Below are positions 51,400 through 63,491 of a stretch of DNA of 63,491 nucleotides, piece by piece. The position numbers and the translations under genes were made by a program. This DNA is from Chiloscyllium plagiosum. Lineage: Eukaryota. The stretch covers positions 1,610,490 to 1,673,980 of the forward strand of contig NC_057758.1 of assembly GCF_004010195.1 (NCBI RefSeq), read 5' to 3'. Below the pieces are notes generated by a model. It was not told the origin of the DNA. It did not search any database and saw only the letters and a list, made by a program, of their open reading frames with translations. The stretch's first letter is position 1, and each line of letters begins with the position of its first letter.

Positions 51400-51490
51400 T
51401 GAGTGTGTGTGTGTGCATGTGTGCGTGTTTGCCTAAGCGTGTGCGCGTGTATTTTTGAGTGAATGTGAATGTGAATGTGTGTGTGTACAC
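51400..51490 (+). repeat. Imperfect (GT)n microsatellite
   Basis: GTGTGTGT/GCGT runs. Confidence 0.8.
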
Positions 51491-52852
51491 AGAGTCCAGC
51501 AGAAGGAGATGTTGTCTGTGATGACATCTGTGTCAGTGCAGGAGTAAAAACGAACCTGAGTTTAAAAATCTTTCACACAGTTTGGCAAACAGACACATTC
51601 CAGAATTTAAAAACAAACTGCTGTTCAAAGACAAAGCAGAAGACTCACATTCCGTTCTCCGAAAGATTTTTTTAGGAATGAAGCACATGTGTTACATTAT
51701 CTTATGATACGGTTCAGTCAATCTGTGGAATTAACAGAGTGAAATGGATGCCAAGACACTAAAACGTTTCAAGGAGGAGATAGAAAGATTTTACATATTA
51801 ATGAATAGAAGGGAACGGACATGAAAGTGCAGTTGGGACCGAGATGGGACCAGCCATGACCGTATTAATTGGTGGACAATCTTGAGGAAGTTAATGGATG
51901 ACTGCTTCTCCAAATTCACAAATTCAGAGAGAACGTTCTCAGTGAGAGTGATAGACGAAGAAAGAGTGAGAAAGAGTGAGAGATGACTGCGAGACGGACA
52001 GACATTGTGAGAAAGTGGCAGATTGCGAGACTGCTGGAGATGCAGAGCGACAGGTGAAAAAGAGTGCAGAAAAAACAGACTTGCACAGATGGTGAAGATG
52101 GAGGAACACGAAGCGAATGATAAAAGAGAGCAGGTGGACGAAGATAGAAAGAGGTAGAAACATTGGTTGAATGGACAGCAAGAGACGTAAATGGATGAGA
52201 CAAGAAAACAGGTCAAGAGAGTGGGGGAGAAAAAGAAAATAGAAAACACACAGAGCTAAACACACAGTGACAGAAAAACGAAAGTGAGAGTGAGAGTGGG
52301 AAAGTAAGAAGTGAAGAACAGAGTGCGGGAGAAAAAACTGAAAAAGTGGGAAGGAGAGATGGGGCAGAAATAGACAGAGACAAGCATAACGAACATCAAT
52401 ACTTTTTTAGACGTTCTAGATTCACGGTGTTCTGAAAAGATAGGAAACGGAGGAAAGGAGGAAAGGTAGTGGTGTTGGTTAAGGAGAGCAGTGCAGTCTT
52501 ACAAAAGACGATTTTCCAGAAGCTTCAGGGACAGAGTCAAGTTGACAAGTTGGAAAGAGCAAGAAGGTGCAATTATATTGGCGTTTAGACTCGTGGGAAT
52601 GAACTACAGGGAAAAATATCTGCAGAGGAATTTTCGAGACATACCGGCATTACCAATTGTTGTATTGGAGACGCGATGCTTACCGAAATGTAGATTGGAA
52701 CATTATAAGGGACAATGAAAGGCAAATGTCCCGAGATTGTATTCCTGATAGATTCCGACAGTAGTATATGTCCCGTGCAACAAGAATGGTTTCATTGTTA
52801 GAACAGGTGCCTGAAAATGCGATGGGTCAAGTGGATCAAGATGGAGAACAGT

Positions 52853-53113
52853 TAGAACATATAGAACATAGAACATTACAGCGCAGTACAGGCCCTTCAG
52901 CCCACGATGTTGCGCCGCCCTGTCATACTAATCTGAAGCCTATCCCACCTACACTATTCCATGTACGTCCATTTACCTGTTCAATGATGACTTAAATGCA
53001 CTTAAACTTGGCGAATCTACTATCGATGCAGGCAAAGCATTCCATACCCTTACTACTCTCTGAGTAATGAAATTACCTCTGACGTCTGACTTATACCTAT
53101 CTCCCCTCACTTT
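52853..53113 (-). mobile_element. Short CR1 3' end inserted in an older LINE remnant
   Basis: (AGAACAT)n, the reverse of the TTCTATG tail, followed by CAGGCCCTTCAGCCC. Confidence 0.8.
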
Positions 53114-55412
53114 AGGGGACAGTGGTCATTGTGTTAGAAAGTTCAGGATGTTGATGGACAAAAAACACATGTAAACAAACGGCAGATTATGTTTATCATG
53201 GACATAGCCGAGGGAGATGAGGTTGACCGATTGTACCAAAATAGGCAAAGAATTTTGTCATAGGAAGGCACAACAAGATTGCAGACTCACAGGGACAGGT
53301 TGGACAAGTTGGCAAAGCTCCTGCAGCTGGAGCATAGAGTGGGAAAATAGCACGTTGTTCAGTTTGGAAGAAAATATTTAAAGTATAAGCAAATGTTACT
53401 TCAAAAGAGAGCCACTGCAATCCCCTGACGTGCAAAGAGATTTGCATCTTCAGGAAGATCAGTCCCAAATATTATTGATTGAACACAGAACATAATGATG
53501 GACACCAGTAGAGTGCTGTCATGGATAACAAGACGGATTGAAAATAAACGTAATGCTTCAATTATCCAGGTGTTGGAGAGACCAAATCTGAAATATTCTG
53601 TACCAGTTCTGTTCTTCTTTTGAAGGAAGGATGTAAATGTGTCGGAGCATGTTCAGAGGGAGATTTCCAGGATTCATCCTTGGAATTAGTGGGTTTGTTC
53701 CCACTGGAGTTTTAACGAGTCTGATGGTGACCTGATTGAAATGTAAGACAGTAAAGCATCTGAACAAGGCAGACTTGGGAAGGGATAACTACTGTTATTG
53801 ATCAGTCAGAAACGAGAGGGGCAAGGATTTACAAAGAAAGGGTGTCTCGTTCTTTCAGAATGGAGATGAGAATTCTCCCTCTATTTGTCTCCTCCCCCAC
53901 TACATCATTCTACCCCCCCTCCCATCCGCCAGCCCCGAGGTCATGCATGCGACAATGAAATTCTCTGCTCTCTGTGCTTGATTCGCTGTGGTGGGAGGAC
54001 ATTGAAATTTTTTTTGAAGATGGAGGTGAATAGATTGCTTTTTGACAGAGGAACAGAAAGTTGTTGGAAGCAGTAGGGCATGTGGAATCAGAAAGTCAAT
54101 GAAGTCAGCATTTAACTTATTGAATGATGGAGCAAACTCAAGAAGATTGAATTGTCTATGATCTTTTTACATCTTTTATGTTTTTATTTCCCACGACTGT
54201 GCTTGAAAGAAATCTTCATTGAGCACGTCCCGTGACAATGTTGAATCTAATAGGCGGTGCATCCACGTTTTCCCATGCACCTTGATCTTCTCCTCGATAT
54301 TGCTGGCCTATGCTGTCCTTCCCAAACTTAGGATTATGTTTCAAAATTTTTCAATCGCCCATAATGATCTGCTGCGAACGCACATTCCTATCCCCATGTC
54401 TATGGGACTTCTATTTTCCTCTCACTCCCTTGCTTTCCTAGCAGTGCACAGTTTACCATCATCAATTTTCTTATCATTCCTGAAAATCCTCTAATCATGT
54501 ATACTTCGCACCTAGTCCTTTGCTCCCTGAGACATAAACTTTTGAACATTTTAGTGGTATTTCTACCGAGCATCTGTATCTCAAAAATCCGATTTACTAC
54601 ATAGTTTTCTTGCTGTTTAACCCCCAGCAACAGGAATTGATTACACCAACAGTTCAAAAAAGAGTCATTGCACTCAATATGTTGAATCTGCTTTCTCACC
54701 ACAAAGCTTGTTAGATCTTCTGAGTTTCTCCAGCAGCGTCTATTTTCGTGACTGCTTACCTCTTCCCTGGCTAACCTACAGATTAAACGAAAAGGAAAAG
54801 CTGCGGATGCGGGAAATCAAAAACGCTGGAGAAACTCGGCAGAGCTGGCAGCACATGTGGAAAGAAATCAAGTTAACGTTTGACGTTCAGTGACCCTCCT
54901 TAAGAACCACTTATCCTTCTTTGAAGAATGGATCTTAATATTTCTTAACGGTATCTGCAATATTCATCAGGAACCTGAGTTCTTGTTGTGCTGCTGGGTT
55001 AATCTCATAATCATATTTACTTATTAAAATTTTTGCATTGAACTGGAACTTTCGTTTAGGATCTACTGTCCAGTCATCTCGCAATTGCTTTATGCTCCGG
55101 TGGAAGTTGGATGTCTATGGCTGGGCCCAGAATTTATTAATCACGTCTAGGTGCCACCTTAAGAAGGTGTTGTTGAGCTGCCTTCTTGAAATGATGCAAC
55201 CCACTGCTGTAGGTACTCCCACGATGTCCTTCCGTGGGGAATTCCAGGGGTTTGTCGACACTGAATGAAGGGACGATATATTTCCAATTCGGGTAAGTTA
55301 ATAGCTCGCTTGGTGAACTTGCAGATCTTTACGCTTGCAAGTATCATCTACGTTCATCTTTCGAGATGGTGACGTATTTGTAAGTTGTTATCGGAAGATC
55401 TTAAGTTAATTC

Positions 55413-55621
55413 TGGATTAGTGGTGCTGGAAGAGCACAGCAGTTCAGGCTGCATCCAAGGAGCTTTGAAAACGACGTTTCGGGCAAAAGCCCTGATGATG
55501 GGCTTTTGCCCGAAACGTCGATTTCAAAGATCCTTGGATGCTGCCTGAACTGCTGTGCTCTTCCAGCACCACTAATTCAGAATCTGGTTTCCAGTATCTG
55601 CAGTCATTGTTTTTACCTAGT
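55413..55621. mobile_element. Fold-back Penelope terminal-repeat mini-element with perfect 17-bp TSD
   Basis: AGATCTTAAGTTAATTC at 55396-55412 and 55622-55638; arms of about 80 bp are complementary. Confidence 0.85.
55492..55519 (+). ncRNA. Minimal hammerhead ribozyme core
   Basis: CTGATGA TGGGC-TTTT-GCCC GAAAC GTC. Confidence 0.65.
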
Positions 55622-57624
55622 AGATCTTAAGTTAATTCCTGCAGTGCATCTTTGTAGGTGGTACATCCTGCTGCTAATGAAAGTTGTTAATGGAGGGCAT
55701 GGATGTTTATGGATATGATGCCAATCAGGTATATTGCTTGGTTCTACACTGTGCTGAAGCTTGTTGAATATTGTTAAAACCTCAGTCATCGCGGTTAATG
55801 GGGATTGCTCCAACACACTCCTAACTTGTGCTTTGTCTATGGTGGGCAGGCTTTGTCAGGAGAAAGGATTACGAGACTCCCAGTCTCTTGTAGCTATTGT
55901 ATTTAGAATTATCTTGCAGAATCGTGTGAATGATTACTTAGTCTCTGTACTTTAACCAGTCAAAATCTGGAACAATTATTACATCTATTGGTGAATGCAG
56001 TCAGTGTATCCAGTGAACACTCTCAATATTCTGCTATTCCTCCCAACCTTCAGTGCAGTTTCCCTGACATTTCGTCTTTTCGTGGTTCCTCAAGCACTCA
56101 CAGGACAGGAACATCACGGGTTTCGATCCAGAAGAAAACTCCAACTATACTCTCTCCATTAACGACTCCTAATTATGGAGACAGAGACTTTCCGGAGACG
56201 ATGTACTTTTATCTTGCAGATGTGGTTTGCCGCGTTGATGGTGACAGAGGGGACCTTGGAACATGGCAGGGCCAATGCTGACGTGTCGAAGATCAAAGGC
56301 CGTTGTTCTGGCCAGGTTCATGCCTTACAGAACTAATGGCCCAGTTTGGTCTGTCAAAGTTCTTGGGGGTGGTCTTATCCCACTGCGGGACAGACCCACA
56401 GGAAGGCGACAGTATTCTGACTGACGATATGCCCGGAAAGTCTCTGACATTGATTTCAGCTTCGACCTGTGACATACAGTTCAAACACAGAAAAATGAAT
56501 CATTCGGTAGAGATTCAAGTCAACACATCCCCGTGCTAATCACATGATATTGTACTCAGTGTGAAGAGGCACACTGAGACACAGAATGATGAATGACCCA
56601 TCATCAAGTACAAACTCACAGAGGACAGAAGAACAACCCGTAAGTCTATCAATCCTGCACCTGTTGAAAGCACATCCCTAACTACTGTTCTTAATCATTC
56701 ACATTATGTGTACTTCACTGGCTGGCCCAGCATTCATTACCTTTCCGAATTGTCAAGAGGACATGTATTCATCAATTCATCAATTGGGCATGTACCCCAA
56801 TAGTCGATAACATTTCCATGGTCATCATCAGACTCCTCATTGCTAATTTCAAAACTGAATTCAAATTCCACCTGCTGACGTGACCCTATTTGAACTTAGG
56901 TCGCCAGTATGCGACTTGCATTCAAGATGAATGGTCCAGCAATAATGTTACTAAGCCATCACCTACCCAATAATTTAATTACATTTTCACCCCTCATTTT
57001 TCATCGCTTAGTCCTCAGCCTTGCATGCCCTCTTATCGCAAGTGCACAACACAAAACAGTATAGCAGGGGAGAAGGCCGTCGGGCCACTACTTCTATGCC
57101 GGACATGAAGCAATTCTAGTGCAATCTAAATCATCTACTCAAGGACTCATCCTTCTTTCAACGTCTGTTCACGTGTCTATCTAAATACCTTTTAAACTTT
57201 GCGACTGGATCTGCTTTGGCGATCTATTCTTGCAACATGTTCCAGGCAGCTACCTCTATCTTCGTAACAAAACAATCGTTCTTCGCAGATATTCTTCAAA
57301 TATTACCCCTCTCATCCAAAATATTTACCCCTAGTGTTTGACAGCTCCAATTTAAGATAAACACTCAAATTATCCATCTTATCCATGCCTCTTATAATTT
57401 CATATTGTTCTATCGTCCATGTCGCCACTCAGCCAAAAGGCTGCAGTGAACAAAATTCCAATATGTCTAAAAGTGTTAAGCATGCTTGTTCTCATACCTC
57501 TGTATTTTGAGTATGTGAGTTGAGAAATCATGTTAAAGTTGTACAGGGCATTGGTGAGGCCTCTGTTGAAATATTGTGTCCAGTTATGCTCGCCCACTTA
57601 CATTAAAATGTGTTACGAAGATAG

Positions 57625-59360
57625 ACACATAGAACATAGAACATAGAAGAATACAGCGCAGTACAGGCCCTTTGGCCCTCGATGTTGCGCCGATCCAAGC
57701 CGACCTAACCTATACTAACCCACTATCCTCCATATACCTATCCAATGCCCGCTTAAATGCCCATAAAGAGGGAGAGTCCACCACTGCTACTGGCAGGGCA
57801 TTCCATGAACTTACGACTCGCTGAGTGAAGAACCTACCCCTAACTTCAGTCCAATATCTACCCCCCTTAATGTAAAGCTATGCCCCCTTGTAATACCCGA
57901 CTCCATACGCGGGAAAAGGTTCACACTGTCAACCCTATCTAACCCCCTAATCATCTTGTACACCTCAATCAAGTCACCCCTAAAACTTCTTTTCTCTAAT
58001 GAAAACAGCCCCAAGTGTCTCAGTCTTTCCTCATACGATCTTCCTTCCATACCAGGCAACATCCTGGTAAACCTCCTCTGCACCCGTTCCAGTGCCTCCA
58101 CATCCTTCCTATAGTATGGCGACCAAAACTGCACACAATATTCCAGATGCGGCCGCACCAGAGTCTTATACAACTGCAACATGACCCCAGGACTCCGGAA
58201 CTCAATCCCTCTACCAATAAAAGCCAGTACGCCATATGCCTTCCTCACCGCACTATTTACCTGGGTGGCAACTTTCAGAAATCTGTGTACATGGACACCA
58301 AGATCCCTCTGCTCATCCACACTACCAAGTATCCGACCATTAGCCCAGTACCCCATCTTTTTGTTATTCTTCCCAAAGTGAATCACCTCACACTTAGCTA
58401 CATTGAATTCCATCTGCCACCTTTCTGCCCAGCCCTGCAGCTTCTCTATATCCTGCTGTAACCTGCCACAGCCCTCCTCACTGTCCACAACTCCACCTAT
58501 CTTCGTATCATCTGCAAATTTACTGACCCACCCTTCAACTCCCTCATCTAAGTCATNNNNNNNNNNNNNNNNNNNNNNNNNNNNNNNNNNNNNNNNNNNN
58601 NNNNNNNNNNNNNNNNNNNNNNNNNNNNNNNNNNNNNNNNNNNNNNNNNNNNNNNNNNNNNNNNNNNNNNNNNNNNNNNNNNNNNNNNNNNNNNNNNNNN
58701 NNNNNNNNNNNNNNNNNNNNNNNNNNNNNNNNNNNNNACAAGGGTACCACATTTGCTATCCTCCAGTCTTCTGGCACTACTCCTGTAGACAAAGAGGACA
58801 TAAAAATCAAGGCCAATGGCTCTGCAATCTCCTCCCTTGCTTCCCAGAGAATCCTAGGATAAATGCCATCAGGCCCAGGGGACTTATCTATTTTCACCTT
58901 TTCCAGGATTTCCAATACCTCTTCTCTACATACCTCAAAGCCATCCATTCTACTTATTTGTGACTCAGTATTCACATCGATGACAATGCCCTGTTCCTGA
59001 GTAAATACTGAAGAAAAGTATTCATTCAGTGTCTCCCCAATCTCTTCCGCCTCTACACGCAACTTCCCACTACTATCCTTGACTGGACCTATTCCTACCC
59101 TCGTCATTCTTTTATTCCTAACATACCTATGGAAAGCCTTAGGGTTTTCCCTAATCCTACCGACTAAGGACCTTTCATGTCCCCTCCTTGCTGCTCTTAG
59201 CTCTCTCTTCAGGTCCTTCCTGGCTACCCATAACTCTCAATCTCCCCAATTGAACCTTCACGTCTCATCTTGAGATAGGCCGCCCTCTTCCATTCATTTA
59301 ACAAGGGATTCCAATTCCTTATTAAACCACGGCTCCCTCGCACGACCCTTTCCTCCCTTA
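57625..59360 (-). mobile_element. Young CR1 LINE (RT and 3' end) spanning an assembly gap
   Basis: Open frames either side of the gap: DKSPGPDGIYPR, DWRIANVVPL, SKFADDTK, LYKTLVRPHLEYCVQFWSP; (AGAACAT)n tail. Confidence 0.93.
58557..58737. other. Assembly gap, 181 N
   Basis: Run of N. Confidence 1.
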
Positions 59361-61399
59361 CCGGTATGTGCAGTTAAACAGGAGGTCTGCAAAACATTGC
59401 TCTTTCCATTGTAGACCTGGTCATGGTACAGCCTGCCATTAGCTGAGGGATTGACCACATTCCCGAATTTACCGATCGACACTCAGCCAACTTGTCCATC
59501 TTGTTATGGGAATGTTCATGAGGCTCATCCCAGGTATGGAATAAGTTGCCTTAGCAGTACAGGTTGAAAAGATTGGGCCTGGAAGTATTACAGTTTAGGA
59601 GTAGATGTGCTAAATGTATTGAAAGATATAAAATTCTTGAAGGACTTGACAGATTAGATTCAGGAAGGTTGTTTTCCCTGCAGCCGAGTCTATGCCCAGA
59701 TGACAGCATCTCTGAGTAAAAGACCACCAGTTTAAGGCAGCAACGAGGAATAATTTCATCCCTCTGAAGAAACTACAGATTTCTTTATTGTAGAATACTT
59801 TGGCGGTTGGTGTCCATTGAAGGCCGACATATAGAGATTTCTAATCAATAATGGAATCGAGGTTTCCGGGAAAATGGCAGGAAACTGGAGTTGTATATAA
59901 GCAGATTCAGCCATGACCTTATTGACTCATTGGCGAACCAGTCTGGATGAGCACACCATGTCTGGCGAGAATATCGTGTTTCAGGTCGGGAGGCGAATAC
60001 TACATACAATGCTTCAAGTGTTATCTAAGCAAGGCCCCCAATAACTTCAGTGAGACAACCATACATCTGAACTGCGATCCTCTTGCAAAGAATTCCGAAA
60101 TGTCAATTGTTTTCCTCAAGGCGAGTTGCTATCATGTAGTAAGTAAATGTTGGTTCATTATGACAGCATACAGTTGAAAAGTCTGGCAAAGCACATGACG
60201 ACTGATTCCACTGCAAAGGTAAATACTGAAGAAAACAACAGAGGCTCTGAAGAAATGTTAAACCATTGGAAGTCAACTGTCCAGGGTTTAACCGGAGGAT
60301 CGCCAGAATTCCGATGGGAGGAGGTTTGAGAAGGTGTGACATGCACGGTATTAATGCCTTATAGCAAGGAAGGGAACATTCTGTCGCTAATTTTGCAGAA
60401 GAAATAAGTAGTGGTGGAAAGGCAGGTTTTGAGAGGAATGCAAGTAGATAATAGAGAGATGTTAATAGTTTAAGACTCTGGGAAAAAGGGTTGGGGAATA
60501 ATATATAATGATGAAGTGATGCACCTTGGAAGGAAGAACAAAAGAACTGAATATTATTTAAATGGAAAAATCCGCAGCACAAAATGGCTTGGCTAATCTC
60601 GTGCACAGAATACAGAAAGGTAACTGATAATCGAGAAGCTTTTGGAACGTTGGTCCCCTTATTGAAAGAAGTATGTCATTTCTTGTAAGGCAGTACTAGA
60701 ATGTATGTAGGTTACTTTGAACTTAGAATCGGATAAAACTTCGGGTCAACATCGAGGGCTGACTGTGCTGAACTGTTCTATGTTCTGTGTTCTTCACACT
60801 GGAGTTTCGAAGATTTAGCGGTGACTTCACAAAACACATGCAGGCTCATCAAGGGCACTTGACAGAGTAAACACTGACAGGATGTTTCACCTCGTGGGGG
60901 AGTCTCAGAGCCTCAGAAAAAATGGTGTCAAATTCAGACTGAGATGAAGAGCAGAAATTTATCCTCTCAGAGAATTGCATATTTTTGGAACTCCTTGCTT
61001 TGGAGAACCGTGGGTGCCAGAATCCTTGAGTATGTTCAAGGCTGAAATAGATAGTTTCTTGACCAGTCAAGGGATCAAGGGTTACACAGAGAGCGCAGAA
61101 AGTTGCAAGTGAAGAATGTCAGCACAACCAAGATCTCGCAGAACAGGGTTGATAGGCTTACCAACCTTCTTTTCATCCCATGTCTTATTTTGTTTATCAC
61201 GACTGGCATGGGAATTGAGCCTGCATTATTCAGATCATTCTGCATCACAACCCGCCACTCGGCCAACTGAACAAACCAAACCCAACATCAACCACACAGC
61301 AATGACATGAATGTGAAAAATTGAAAGACTGTTCACAGATGGTGAAACATAGGTCTATGGTAAGATAATTGAAAAACAGAAAAGGAGAGATTGAGGACA

Positions 61400-61756
61400 A
61401 TGTTAAGGGAGAATAAAGGAGAAGCTTAAAGCTTTCTATCGGTATGTGAGGAATAAAAGTATGACAAGGGTTGGAATATGGCCAGTCAAAGGTAGAAGTG
61501 GGAAGGTTTGTGTGCTAAACGAATATTTCTCATCGGTTTTCACTCAGGAAAAGGAGAATATTGTAGAGGAGAAGCAATACGAGATAGCAGACTAGAACGG
61601 ATCGAGGTTAATAAGGAAGAGGTGCAGCCAGTTCTAGAATGTGTGCAAGTAGACAAGTCCCCTGGGCCGGATGAGATTTATCTGATGATTCTCTGGGAAG
61701 CTAGGGATGAGATGTTGGAGTCTTTGGCTTTGATCTCTGAGTTGTCATTGTCTACA
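61400..61756 (+). mobile_element. CR1 ORF2 fragment
   Basis: VDKSPGPDEIY..ILWEAR; homologous to 6270-6630. Confidence 0.82.
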
Positions 61757-63245
61757 TGTTCCCATCAACCAGCACCCTCTGTCTTCTTTCAGCGAGCAAA
61801 CATCTGATCCAAACTGCTGAATCACCCTCAATCCAATGCCTCCATATGTTTTGCAATAGCCTCCCGTGGGGAACCTTCTCAGACGTCTCACTGAAATCCA
61901 TGTACAGCACGTCAACCGCTTTACACTCATACACGTCTTGGTCACATTCTAAAATAACTCGGTAAGGTTCTACCCGTAAAAAGACAGGTTGACAATCGCT
62001 AATTAACGTAATCCTTTTGACATGATTATACACCCTGTCGTGTATAACCTTTTCCAACGTCTGTAATTACTATGGTTGTCTCTCGTCCCCTTAGATTAGA
62101 TTAGATTCCCTACAGGACGGATTCGGGCATTCGGCCCAACAAGACCACACCGACTCTCCAAATAGTCACCCACCCAGACCCATTCTGGTACCCTGACTAA
62201 TGCACCGAACACTATGGACAATTTAGAAAGACTAATTCACCTGACCTACACATCTTTGGATTGTGGGAGGAAATCGGAGCACCCAGAAGAAGCCCACGCA
62301 AACATAGTGAGAATGTACAAATTCCACACAGACAGTCGCACGAGGCATGAAACGAGCTCGCGTTGCTGGCGCTGTGAGTCAGCAGTGCTATCCACTAAGT
62401 GACTGTACCGTCATTCTTGAACAAGGGGACAACACTTGTTATCCGGTCTATTTCTGTCGACAATAACGATCAAAGCCAAAGTCTCTGCAACCTCCTCTCT
62501 GGCTTCCCGGTGAATACGAGGATCAATCCTATTTGGCCCAGGGGACTTACCTATTTTCGCAGTTTCCAGAATTGCTGACACCTCCTTATTACCCTCAATC
62601 CAGTAATCTATTCGCCTCTATTTCAGTATTCTCCTTGGCAACATTGTCTTTTTCCAGTGTGAATCTGACAAATAATATTCATTTAGCAGTTCTCCTATCT
62701 CATCAGACACCACGCGCAAAAGCGCACTACTGTCCTTGTTTGGCCCGAATCTTACTCTATTCACTGTTTTATTCCTGATTTGCCGACATAAAACTTTAGG
62801 GTTTTCCGTGATCCTGCTAACCAACGACTTCACATGTCCCCTCCTCATTCTTCTTAGCTCTCTCTTTCAGTCTTTCCTGGAGAACTTGTAACTCCCAAAT
62901 GCCAGAGCTCAGCCTTCACTTCTCATCCTCACATGCTCATGCCAGAAACGTCGATTTTCCTGCTCCTTGGATGCTGCCTGACCTGCTGCGCTTTTCCAGC
63001 AACACATTTTCAGCTCTGATCTCCAGCATCTGCAGTCCTCACTTTATCCTAATCGCCTTTCCCTCAAATATAAATCTCTCCCTGCGGTATATATCTTTCC
63101 CTTTCCATCTCAAAAGTAAACATAATCGAATTATGGTCACTGTCATAAACTGCTCACCCGCCTCCAAATCAAAGACCTGGCCTTGTTCATTAGCCAGTGC
63201 TAAATCGATTGTGGTTTCACTCCTTGTTGGCCTGTCTACATACTT
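61757..63245 (-). mobile_element. CR1 ORF2 fragments with nested SINE and Penelope repeat
   Basis: VDVLYMDFS, KVPHGRL, RQRVLVDG, SRITENPK; Penelope repeat at about 62935-63050. Confidence 0.8.
62092..62412 (-). mobile_element. HE1/V-SINE-type SINE
   Basis: (TTAGA)n, the reverse of the TAATC tail, through to the reversed tRNA-like head GGCGCTGTGAGTCAGCAGTGCTA. Confidence 0.88.
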
Positions 63246-63246
63246 T

Positions 63247-63491
63247 GAGGAGAAAGTGAGGTCTGCAGATGCTGGAGATCAGAGCTGAAAATGTGTTGCT
63301 GGAAAAGCACAGCAGGTCAGGCAGCATCCAGGGAACAGGAGAATCGACGTTTCGGGCATAAGCCCTTCTTCAGGAATGAGGAAAGTTTGTCCAGCAGGCT
63401 AAGATAAAAGGTAGGGAGGAGGGACTTGGGGGAGGGGCGTCGGAAATGTGATAGGTGGAAAGAGGTCAAAGTGAGGGTGATAGGTCAGACT
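63247..63491 (-). mobile_element. Penelope-like 3' end and terminal repeat, running off the window
   Basis: Reverse complement of the repeat at 30978 and 49557. Confidence 0.85.
63346..63373 (-). ncRNA. Minimal hammerhead ribozyme core
   Basis: Reverse strand reads CTGAAGA AGGGC-TTAT-GCCC GAAAC GTC. Confidence 0.7.

Noticed and set aside
51791..52265. Phe/Ser/Leu-rich ORFs resembling membrane proteins
   Set aside because: Translation of a GA-rich low-complexity tract.

Overview
Eukaryotic, repeat-dominated vertebrate DNA. The repeat content (tRNA-headed HE1/V-SINE-type SINEs, several CR1/HER1-type LINE families, Penelope-like elements) points to a cartilaginous fish, probably a shark; this is inference. 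I can support only one host gene: an intact two-exon class A GPCR of the GPR139/GPR142-like type on the minus strand (exon 1 42626-42440, 9,562-bp intron, exon 2 32877-31976, 362 aa), which the ORF track splits and mis-starts. The rest is mostly nested, decayed retroelements, including a Gypsy fragment with integrase upstream of RNase H (Gmr1-like order) and a probable solo LTR. The most notable non-genic signals are many minimal hammerhead-ribozyme cores (CTGANGA-hairpin-GAAACGTC) in Penelope terminal repeats, several fold-back mini-elements with target-site duplications, and a perfect 87-bp duplication enclosing an inverted templated insert. There is a 181-N gap at 58557-58737. Repeat boundaries are approximate and read by eye. 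I do not see a wholly new biological system here.
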